Shown in pieces: positions 57,309 to 64,000 of a stretch of 64,000 bases of DNA. Within the stretch, counting starts at the first letter, position 1. Each line of letters begins with the position of its first letter. Where the stretch lies: positions 64,001-128,000 of the IMG/VR virus record IMGVR_UViG_3300011116_000922, one strand, 5' to 3'. The notes beneath the pieces are model-generated. The model was not told the origin of the DNA. It ran no database searches and worked only from the letters and a program-made list of their open reading frames with translations. Position numbers and translations under genes: made by a program. Source of the stretch: a virus.

Positions 57309-57309
57309 G

Positions 57310-57830
57310 TTTTTACAGGCAATTTGCGCGCCTCTACAGGGTGTGCGTACAGGCGTGGCGTACAGGTGTTCGGGGACCAGTGATTTTGGGGCCGGGGGTG
57401 GGTACGGTAGGGCCGCTAGCACAGCCCGGTCAATTTCGCGCAACGGAATTCAAAAATTTGGGACTCCGGTAAATGGCTCAAATAGATTTCAAATATTGGG
57501 ACTCCAGCAACCCCGTGCAGAGATTTCAAATATTGCCGGGGCATCCTAGCCACACCACAGCCCCCACACAACCCTGCCGCCGCACAGCCCCTCCCTAGCC
57601 TCTCTAGCCCCTCCCTAGCCCCATCCCCCAATACGCTTACAGGAATCCCTAAACGCTTACGCCGCCGTGCCCCCACACCAAAACAGTTTTCAAATATGGG
57701 GAGCAGCACAGGGGTTCAAAGCCTCCGGTGGACGCGGGCAGGACTGCATCTATTACCGCAGCCACCAGTAAAGTGGTTTAATAGGATTACTGTAGAGCGC
57801 ATGAAACAGGGATTAAATATTGGAACGGGG
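57310..57830. repeat. non-coding region with short direct repeats (candidate origin)
   Basis: TACAGG x4-5, TTCAAATATTG(G)-like x5, CTAGCC x4, G-rich and C-rich blocks. Confidence 0.45.
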
Positions 57831-57840
57831 GGTGGGGGTC

Positions 57841-57868
57841 TTGCGCGGAGGCAGGGGTGTGCTATACT
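57841..57868 (+). promoter_or_regulatory. sigma70 promoter, leaderless
   Basis: TTGCGC-N16 with extended TGC-TATACT; ATG 6 nt downstream. Confidence 0.6.
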
Positions 57869-57874
57869 AGGGGC

Positions 57875-57994
57875 ATGACACACTTTCTATTCCACTGGCT
57901 GATTCCTGTGCTTACTGCGGGAATCGGAATCCTCCTCGCTACCATTATTGCGTCTGTGGCATGGGACACCCTGTACGGACACGGCAAGAACTAA
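57875..57994 (+). CDS. small membrane protein (39 aa)
   Basis: MTHFLFHWLIPVLTAGIGILLATIIASVAW single TM, directly after promoter. Confidence 0.55.
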   Translation: MTHFLFHWLIPVLTAGIGILLATIIASVAWDTLYGHGKN

Positions 57995-57998
57995 AGCA

Positions 57999-58226
57999 AT
58001 GCCCAACCACACCACTACAACAGACTCCTCGCTGCGGGTTGAACTGCGATTGCGTGAAATGGCAGACAAGTGGCATGACGCAAATCGTGCAGTATACGAA
58101 ATGTGCCGTGACGCTGCGGAAGAGATTCGGGTGTTGCGTGTGGAGCGCAGGGCAGCGGAAGCCGCTGCTGCTCTTACACACTCGTATCCCTACGGCACGG
58201 GATGGGGCAAGGGCAAGGACGAATGA
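57999..58226 (+). CDS. hypothetical protein
   Basis: RLRE..DAAEEIRVLR motif common in small phage early proteins. Confidence 0.6.
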   Translation: MPNHTTTTDSSLRVELRLREMADKWHDANRAVYEMCRDAAEEIRVLRVERRAAEAAAALTHSYPYGTGWGKGKDE

Positions 58227-58636
58227 ACAGCACCGGAGACAAGCACTACACGGAATACCTGCTGATAGACAAGCACGCCTGTCAGTGGATTTTCCGCGTG
58301 TTTGAAACCGATTGGGCAGATGTGCTTGTGCAGGTGTTACCGCAGGATGGGAGCAGCACTCCCCTTGTGTGGGCGCATCAGGTGCGGTACGCTCCGAATT
58401 TTCTAGCCCAGTTGCCGCCGGACACACGGCAAGCGGAAATGGCAAAGGCACACCTGTTTGAAAAGAAATATCGTGAGGTAACGGAGTTTGGGTACGACGA
58501 CCCCTCAACAGGCTGGGCCGTGGCAGGAATTCGCATCCGGTTCAACCGGGACAACACCATGCGGTTGGGCAAGGGTGACGCACGGCGGCTGTGGGAGCGG
58601 ATACGGCAAGACTCCCCCCACACATCTAAAATATAA
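58223..58636 (+). CDS. hypothetical protein with DARRLW C-terminal motif
   Basis: ATGA overlap; KGDARRLWERI. Confidence 0.6.
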   Translation: MNSTGDKHYTEYLLIDKHACQWIFRVFETDWADVLVQVLPQDGSSTPLVWAHQVRYAPNFLAQLPPDTRQAEMAKAHLFEKKYREVTEFGYDDPSTGWAVAGIRIRFNRDNTMRLGKGDARRLWERIRQDSPHTSKI

Positions 58637-58664
58637 AAATCACGAACGGTAGCCGTATAAATAA

Positions 58665-58746
58665 GTGTGGTCCGGGCAGCGTAGACAGGAGCGAACACTG
58701 ATTACGCTATTCGTGCAAAGGAACTTCGCTACCTTTCGACCGTCAT
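58665..58746 (+). ncRNA. putative structured ncRNA: three-way junction with kissing loops, SRP Alu-like
   Basis: Perfect TATAAATA (58656-58663), no ORF, P1/P2/P3 helices, loop-loop AGCGAA/TTCGCT, own terminator. Confidence 0.6.
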
Positions 58747-58748
58747 AG

Positions 58749-58790
58749 AGGGGGAGTCCCACGGGTAGGGACTCCCCCGCTTTTTTATTT
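58749..58790 (+). terminator. intrinsic terminator
   Basis: GGGGGAGTCCC-N7-GGGACTCCCCC-GC-TTTTTTATTT. Confidence 0.85.
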
Positions 58791-58793
58791 GCA

Positions 58794-59138
58794 TCAGGTT
58801 TCATCGAAAAGGCCACCCGCGACCATAATTTCTGCAATTAGTGTGGCATCCAGTACGAGATCAAGATTTCCGTACTTGATGGGAAAGCCTGTGGGGCGAT
58901 CACGCGAGGGCCACAGCGGCGGCACGGGTTCGGCTTTCACCGTGCCTGTGGCAATATCCACCTCAATGGGTGACACGCCTTCAATTCTCCAGTTGGGCAC
59001 AGACTCCACCACTGCGGATTGGATTTTTGCAGTGGTGCCCAAATCCGTGTCCGTGGTGGGTGCTGCTGCGGGGGTGTCGTTTAATTCGTTTGTACGGGCA
59101 GTGCGTTGTGCCTGAATAGCGTTCCAAGATAATGCCAT
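58794..59138 (-). CDS. hypothetical protein
   Basis: MALSWNAIQ...; SD GGAGG and CTACATA upstream. Confidence 0.65.
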   Translation of the reverse strand: MALSWNAIQAQRTARTNELNDTPAAAPTTDTDLGTTAKIQSAVVESVPNWRIEGVSPIEVDIATGTVKAEPVPPLWPSRDRPTGFPIKYGNLDLVLDATLIAEIMVAGGLFDET

Positions 59139-59202
59139 AGGGTTCCTCCCCCATATGTAGGAGCATGGAATAAAAAAACTAAATAGTGCTGGAGGACACC
59201 CC

Positions 59203-59742
59203 ATGCGATTTGAATCACAGAAATACCGCGCACTGAATGAAAGCATTTCCCGTATTGAAGAGGCTCCGGGCAGCGGAGTGGAAGGCGACTACGAAGGCGA
59301 GATGGCACGGGGTGAACTCAAGTCTGCCATTGCCAACGCACAGGAACTGCTTGAACTGCTTGGCGAAGACGACGAGATTGAAGCGTGGGTGCAGTCCAAG
59401 ATCACCAAAGCCGCGGACTACATTTCCGCTGTTCGCAACTACATGGTGGGCAACACCATTGAGGAAGCCACCGCTGCATGGCAGCGCAGTGCAGGAAAGA
59501 ACCCCGAGGGCGGCTTGAACCGCAAGGGCGTGGAATCGTACCGCCGTGAACACCCCGGCTCCAAATTGCAGACAGCGGTCACAACCAAACCAAGCAAACT
59601 CAAGCCCGGTTCCAAAAGCGCAAACCGCCGCAAGTCGTTCTGCTCACGCATGAAGGGCATGAAGGCTAAACTCACATCGGCTGAAACAGCGCGGGATCCT
59701 GATTCGCGCATCAACAAGTCTCTGCGAAAGTGGAACTGCTGA
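59203..59742 (+). CDS. DUF6321-like internal-protein candidate
   Basis: YRALNE N-terminus; EAWVQSKITKA.DY module; IEE|ATAAWQRSAGKNPEGGLN..RRKSFCSRM..WNC; CTAAATA upstream. Confidence 0.7.
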   Translation: MRFESQKYRALNESISRIEEAPGSGVEGDYEGEMARGELKSAIANAQELLELLGEDDEIEAWVQSKITKAADYISAVRNYMVGNTIEEATAAWQRSAGKNPEGGLNRKGVESYRREHPGSKLQTAVTTKPSKLKPGSKSANRRKSFCSRMKGMKAKLTSAETARDPDSRINKSLRKWNC

Positions 59743-59743
59743 A

Positions 59744-60007
59744 ATGGCTTCATCAACACCGCGTCCCGGACTCGCTGACCCAACAGGTCATGCCACACAG
59801 ATAAACGCTGTTGCGGTAACCACCACCGACATCACCGCGATCAAGGAAGAATTGATTGTTGAAATTGGTGAACTGCCACTGCCTATTCAGGGCAGTGTGG
59901 TGACTTCATACAACGGACTCACAGGTGCAGTGCAAGGCGTTTCCCAATTCAACGGTGCCACGGGCGCGGTGAGTTTCTTGGTGGACGGCGGCGAGTTTAC
60001 CGCGTAA
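59744..60007 (+). CDS. mini-protein with fibre-type SxNGxTGAV repeats
   Basis: SYNGLTGAVQGVSQFNGATGAV..VDGGEF. Confidence 0.6.
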   Translation: MASSTPRPGLADPTGHATQINAVAVTTTDITAIKEELIVEIGELPLPIQGSVVTSYNGLTGAVQGVSQFNGATGAVSFLVDGGEFTA

Positions 60008-60159
60008 ACTCCAAATTTTATATTCCGTAAAACCCTGTTCCTGCGGCGTGAGCGGGGGTACAGCAATAAAGTATGGGATTGATTGCCCCAACCATCGGGG
60101 CTTTCCTCTAGATAAAGCACCCTTCGCGTGAAGGGCTTTTTCTTAAAGGAGAAGAACTG

Positions 60160-60909
60160 ATGAAGACTTTTATTGCAACGGCACTACTTGGAGCAGCGAC
60201 TAGCGTAGCCTCTGCCCAAACCGTCCCTGCCACCACGGCACCCGCGACCGCTCCTGCTGTCATCAACAGCATCAGCGTAAACGAGAGCCTGACATTTTGG
60301 GGCAAGACCAATGCTGACACGGTAGTGGAACTGGACTCCACCATCAAGGGCAAGATTTACGATCTGCTTGGTTGGCATATCACTGCTCCCGTGTACACGC
60401 AGGACTACACTGGATACGGCGCACTTGATCTTGGCGCGGACTACGGCTTGGTTAAGGATGCCAAGTTCATTGGCTCCGTCACCAACTTCAACCTTGAAGG
60501 CGGCGCGTGGATGCCCACGGGTTCCGCAGGTTACGGCACCGACAATGTGAATCCCCATGTTGGCTTTGACTACAACATGACTTGGGGTTCGATTGTGTAC
60601 ACCCAAACCTTTGACTTCCGTTGGGTTGGCTCGGTTGCGTATAGCCCCGTGTTCGGCAACTTCAACAACTACGGCGCGAATGCCGATTCGTTTGTTGCGT
60701 ACAAGTGGGACAACCTCTCGGTTGGTGTGGAACTCAACCAGTGGTACACCGATGGCGAGAATGTTGGTTACCTCGGCCCCAAGGCTGAATGGTCGGTTGC
60801 CAACAATGTAAACCTGAGTGCAGGAATCGGCATTCCTGTTTGGCAGGAAGTTAATTCCGCAAATGAGAATTCGTGGAATTTCACTGCTGGCGTTGGTATC
60901 AAGTTCTAA
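60160..60909 (+). CDS. outer-membrane beta-barrel protein
   Basis: Sec signal peptide (ASA|QT), alternating beta strands rich in W/Y/N/G, C-terminal GVGIKF beta-signal. Confidence 0.75.
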   Translation: MKTFIATALLGAATSVASAQTVPATTAPATAPAVINSISVNESLTFWGKTNADTVVELDSTIKGKIYDLLGWHITAPVYTQDYTGYGALDLGADYGLVKDAKFIGSVTNFNLEGGAWMPTGSAGYGTDNVNPHVGFDYNMTWGSIVYTQTFDFRWVGSVAYSPVFGNFNNYGANADSFVAYKWDNLSVGVELNQWYTDGENVGYLGPKAEWSVANNVNLSAGIGIPVWQEVNSANENSWNFTAGVGIKF

Positions 60910-60930
60910 TTCATTTTAAAGAAGAAACAC

Positions 60931-61086
60931 ATGAGTACAAAGAATCATTGCCCCGTTACCGGATGCTTTTGTTGGAAGAACCCCCTGCACCTCGCAGGCT
61001 TCCTTGCCTTGCTCCCGTTTGCGGTCAAGGGCTTCGTTTGGGTTTGGGCTGCGGCTACGGCAGCAGTAAACAACCTCGTCAAGTAA
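60931..61086 (+). CDS. small membrane protein (51 aa)
   Basis: MSTKNHCPVTGCFCWKNPLHLAGFLALLPFAVKGFVWVW... Confidence 0.55.
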   Translation: MSTKNHCPVTGCFCWKNPLHLAGFLALLPFAVKGFVWVWAAATAAVNNLVK

Positions 61087-61104
61087 TTGACGAAACCACT
61101 TTCG

Positions 61105-61192
61105 GAAGGGGAGGGCAGAAATGCCCTCCCTTTTCATTTGGAAAGAAACAACCCCCTTGCGGGGGTTGTCGGGCTAGAGATGCTATCTCTAG
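61105..61192 (+). terminator. terminator followed by two more perfect hairpins
   Basis: GGGAGGGCA-GAAA-TGCCCTCCC-TTTT; ACAACCCCC-TTGC-GGGGGTTGT; GCTAGAGA-TGCTA-TCTCTAGC. Confidence 0.7.
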
Positions 61193-61381
61193 CGGGGCGG
61201 GGTGATCGCTACCTTTTAAACTAATCAGGTAAGGATTATGTATACAGGAAATACTTTTAGTTTTCCTGACTGGCTGGTTGTCTGGAAACACTTGTGGAAT
61301 TAAGGGCTTCCACTTAATCCCTTTAGTTCAAGTCCCGTCATATTTGTTTTGTTTATCCCGCAGAAAGTTTTGTGTCCCGGC

Positions 61382-61409
61382 TTGACACCGTGGCAGGGCA
61401 TGGTATATT
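61382..61409 (+). promoter_or_regulatory. sigma70 promoter, leaderless
   Basis: TTGACA-N16 with TGG-TATATT; ATG 6 nt downstream. Confidence 0.7.
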
Positions 61410-61415
61410 TTGTGT

Positions 61416-62042
61416 ATGGAACTTCTCAACGCTTGGATGTTGTACCGACCTGCAACCGACACCCGGTTGCCTGATTGCGTGTTCTTTGAACATGGCGCAG
61501 ACGAGCGGTGGATGTGTGTGCAGTACCGTTCCGATGCGGACTACAAAACCGCTACTCGCGGTGCCGTGGGTCTGCCTGTGTGTCTTCTTCGCCGCAGCGT
61601 GGAATCCATGCGTGAGATTTGGACGCGATTCATTGATGACGGTTGGGTTCGTGTGGACGCTTGTACTCCGCAGGGCTGTTCGTTTGCTACTGCGGCAAAA
61701 CACGCATTTGTTCACCGCAACAAGATTGCCACCGATCAGCACAGCGGTGTGGACGGTATGTTTGGAACACTGACCCGAGACAGCGACCTGTTCAGCGAGT
61801 TGTATTTCGCAAAGAAACTTCCCACCCCTGATGGATTCCACGCGGTCAAGGGAATGCCCTTGTATTCGTTCCTGCGTTCCCATCGTGGCATGTTCACCAC
61901 TCCCCCGACTCCGCGCCCGGTTGCACTCCCCGATCCGGCACAGCAAATTGCAGAAATCTTCCGCCAAGCAATGGAAGAGGAGCGGGAGAAGTACGAGTCT
62001 GATTATTGGGGAAACAACACCAACTACGCCTTGGAGGCATAA
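61416..62042 (+). CDS. hypothetical protein with internal MREIWTRFIDDGW motif
   Basis: Leaderless start; motif shared with paralog family. Confidence 0.6.
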   Translation: MELLNAWMLYRPATDTRLPDCVFFEHGADERWMCVQYRSDADYKTATRGAVGLPVCLLRRSVESMREIWTRFIDDGWVRVDACTPQGCSFATAAKHAFVHRNKIATDQHSGVDGMFGTLTRDSDLFSELYFAKKLPTPDGFHAVKGMPLYSFLRSHRGMFTTPPTPRPVALPDPAQQIAEIFRQAMEEEREKYESDYWGNNTNYALEA

Positions 62043-62485
62043 TGTCAAAAACTCGCCGTGTACTTTTTGTGGATGATCTTCTGTATCGTTGGGACATTTT
62101 CAAGGGTCTGTATCAAGACCCCGAAACGGCTCATGTGGAATTCGTGTGGGCCAAGGATTACGACGAAGCCATTGCCCAACTGCAAAACGGAAAATGGGAT
62201 GTGGTGTTCCTTGACCATGATCTAGAGGATCCAATGGAATACGATCTCAAGATGGGTTGGCGTGACGGCAGTGCCATTGTGGATTGGATTCGTGAACACA
62301 CTCCACAAATTGATTTTGCGGTTTGCCATTCCATGAATCCCGTGGGTCGGCAGCGCATGATGTCAGGTTTGGAGCGCAGTGGATACCCTGCACGATCCAT
62401 TCCGTTTTACGCTTTTGACCAATCTCTGCATCCATTGGTTTCAGGTGGGGACGGCTCCAACATTTCAAATAACGAAACCGATTGA
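62042..62485 (+). CDS. receiver-domain protein, cyclic-phosphate-processing Rec type
   Basis: LFVDD, YDEAI, LDHDL, G..IVDWI, HSMNPVG. Confidence 0.75.
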   Translation: MSKTRRVLFVDDLLYRWDIFKGLYQDPETAHVEFVWAKDYDEAIAQLQNGKWDVVFLDHDLEDPMEYDLKMGWRDGSAIVDWIREHTPQIDFAVCHSMNPVGRQRMMSGLERSGYPARSIPFYAFDQSLHPLVSGGDGSNISNNETD

Positions 62486-62510
62486 AATAAACAAAACCTG
62501 TTCTGCCCTA

Positions 62511-62538
62511 TTGACACACCCACAAAGTCTGCTACAAT
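62511..62538 (+). promoter_or_regulatory. sigma70 promoter, leaderless
   Basis: TTGACA-N16 with TGC-TACAAT; ATG 7 nt downstream. Confidence 0.75.
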
Positions 62539-62545
62539 TACCCAC

Positions 62546-62815
62546 ATGACAAATCTACTCTTCGAAACCGCAAAGCAGTATCTTGGAACTGGCGCAATCG
62601 TTCGCTTGGTGTTCACCAAGAAGGATGGAACGGAACGAGTGCTAATCGGCACACGGAGTCTTGATCGGATTCCTGCTGAACTGCATCCAAAGGGGAGTGA
62701 TGCGGAAAAGAAGAGTGATGCGTTCCCGGTTTACGATGTTGAGGCAGGGGGTTGGCGTTCCTTCAAGCCCGACACTCTAAAGGCAGTGGAACTGCTGCCT
62801 GAAGCCTCCGCGTAA
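62546..62815 (+). CDS. WYL_2/DUF2693-like SH3-fold protein
   Basis: FTKKDGTER...GT...VYDVEAGGWRSF. Confidence 0.75.
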   Translation: MTNLLFETAKQYLGTGAIVRLVFTKKDGTERVLIGTRSLDRIPAELHPKGSDAEKKSDAFPVYDVEAGGWRSFKPDTLKAVELLPEASA

Positions 62816-62871
62816 TCGGGACGCGCAACAATTCGGAAATGTGCCTGAAATATTCATATTTTTGGCACCCG

Positions 62872-62964
62872 CGAAAACCCCTGCTAAAACAGGGGTTTTT
62901 CGTAAATAATTATCGGACTTTATTTGCGTAGCCTCTTGACGGAAACCCCTGTTTCCAGTACAAT
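62872..62964 (+). promoter_or_regulatory. early promoter with upstream palindrome and TAATTATCGGAC box
   Basis: CGAAAACCCCTG..CAGGGGTTTTTCG; TTGACG-N17-TACAAT; ATG 8 nt downstream. Confidence 0.72.
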
Positions 62965-62972
62965 GGTGGTCT

Positions 62973-63779
62973 ATGGCAACTGCCTCAACTACCGCACCCA
63001 TGCGCCGCTCCACCCGTTCGCCCATGTCCTACACGCCGTTCGTGCTGAACCCGTCCGCTCTCCCCTACGGTCTGTGGATCGACATCCCGTTCCGCAAGCG
63101 CGGCAGCACGGCTATCCGCTCCGAAGCCAAGGGTCGCGGTGCGCGTTTCTGCCCTGCTGCCAAGGGCAACATCAAGTGGTGGATGCCGCAGAACCGCCTG
63201 ACAGCGGACACCGTGGATTGGCTCAACAAGAACGAAATGATTCGCGGTGAGCGCAAGGCTCCGGTGTTCAACCCCAACGCCATGACGGTCGCGGACATCA
63301 ACCTCGCGTACCCGTTCCGTGTGTACCTTGCCGTGCCGTTCGTGGACAAGGATCACGCCAAGGGCATGAGCGCGAAGTTCTGCGGTGACGCGAAGCGGTG
63401 GTATTTCGATGCCACCAGCATCACGCAGCAGCGGTTTGACGAGATGCTGCGTAGGCAGTGGGTGTTCTCGTTCCACGGTGTGCTGAAGAGCGACACCACG
63501 CACACCGCTACGGGCGTGTACTTCTTTGCGGAAGACCTTGGTGGTGCGGTCGCAGTGAAGTCCGTCCCCGCGCCGTTCGTGCCGCAAGCGTGGACTTTCG
63601 TGAAGAACGGGATGTTCATCACGATGCACACCACCACAGACGGTTGCATCGTGCTGACCTCCGATAGCGAGAACTATGTGGACGGCATCTACACGAAGGA
63701 CGAGGCGCGTGTCACTTGGAACGCGCTGGTCGCTGACGGGTGGGTGCTGTCGCAGACGCACGGAGGCAACAATGCCTGA
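62973..63779 (+). CDS. tandem DUF5710-like domains plus C-terminal ARxxWxxLxxxGW module
   Basis: IDIPF..EAKGRGARFC..KWW and LAVPFVDKDHAKGMSAKFC..KRWY; YTKDEARVTWNALVADGW. Confidence 0.65.
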   Translation: MATASTTAPMRRSTRSPMSYTPFVLNPSALPYGLWIDIPFRKRGSTAIRSEAKGRGARFCPAAKGNIKWWMPQNRLTADTVDWLNKNEMIRGERKAPVFNPNAMTVADINLAYPFRVYLAVPFVDKDHAKGMSAKFCGDAKRWYFDATSITQQRFDEMLRRQWVFSFHGVLKSDTTHTATGVYFFAEDLGGAVAVKSVPAPFVPQAWTFVKNGMFITMHTTTDGCIVLTSDSENYVDGIYTKDEARVTWNALVADGWVLSQTHGGNNA

Positions 63780-63990
63780 AGTGTTCACGCCACTGGAGTG
63801 GGTACTGGTGAACAAGGACATCCCGTCCGTGTTTGTCTCCATGATAAACACCGCAGACGACAAGATCATTATTCAGAGCAACGACACGCAGGAGTTGCCT
63901 GACATCCCGCCAAGCGGCATCTACTCCAAGGACGCGGCACGGCGGGCATGGGACAACCTGATGGGGTGGGGTTGGAAACGGGTCAAGTAA
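63772..63990 (+). CDS. stand-alone ARxxWxxLxxxGW module protein
   Basis: GIYSKDAARRAWDNLMGWGWKRV; SD GGAGG. Confidence 0.7.
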   Translation: MPEVFTPLEWVLVNKDIPSVFVSMINTADDKIIIQSNDTQELPDIPPSGIYSKDAARRAWDNLMGWGWKRVK

Positions 63991-64000
63991 ACAGAGGAGA

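Noticed and set aside
57310-57830. CRISPR or mini-array
   Set aside because: Repeats are short, degenerate and irregularly spaced; the 36398 exonuclease is an ordinary T4-like gene and no cas operon is present
58665-58746. Hammerhead or HDV-like ribozyme, or tRNA
   Set aside because: No CUGANGA/GAAA core, no HDV nested pseudoknot, no cloverleaf or T-loop
1-64000. Stop-codon reassignment
   Set aside because: Core genes are full length in the standard code and no suppressor tRNA is seen

Overview
This window is part of a large T4-like (myovirus-type) lytic phage genome, most likely infecting a diderm bacterium that translates leaderless mRNA well (host identity is inference only). Left to right: (1) a sugar-nucleotide and glycosyltransferase cluster (1-5.3 kb); (2) a + strand nucleotide-metabolism and replication block with dUTPase, two HNH endonucleases, DUF1599-like protein, UvsE, i-type lysozyme, SpeD, Mom-like protein, GroES, gp43 polymerase, UvsX, gp41 helicase, Gmd, gp61 primase and ThyX; (3) collagen and fibre genes, class II RNR, a trypsin-like lipoprotein and RuvC; (4) a - strand late block (29-51.5 kb) with holin/spanin-like genes and many proteins carrying T4-like capsid-targeting N-termini and acidic protease-site linkers; (5) a + strand early region with sigma70 leaderless promoters, a CobT/CobS-like pair, two tRNAs, an iteron-like non-coding region, a beta-barrel outer-membrane protein and a paralogous 'AR-x2-W-x2-L-x3-GW' family. 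Best novelty candidates: a late-promoter-driven three-way-junction kissing-loop RNA resembling the SRP Alu domain (58665-58746), the capsid-packaged cargo/polyprotein array, and the speD/Mom-like gene pair. All family calls come from motif recognition by eye; no database search was run.
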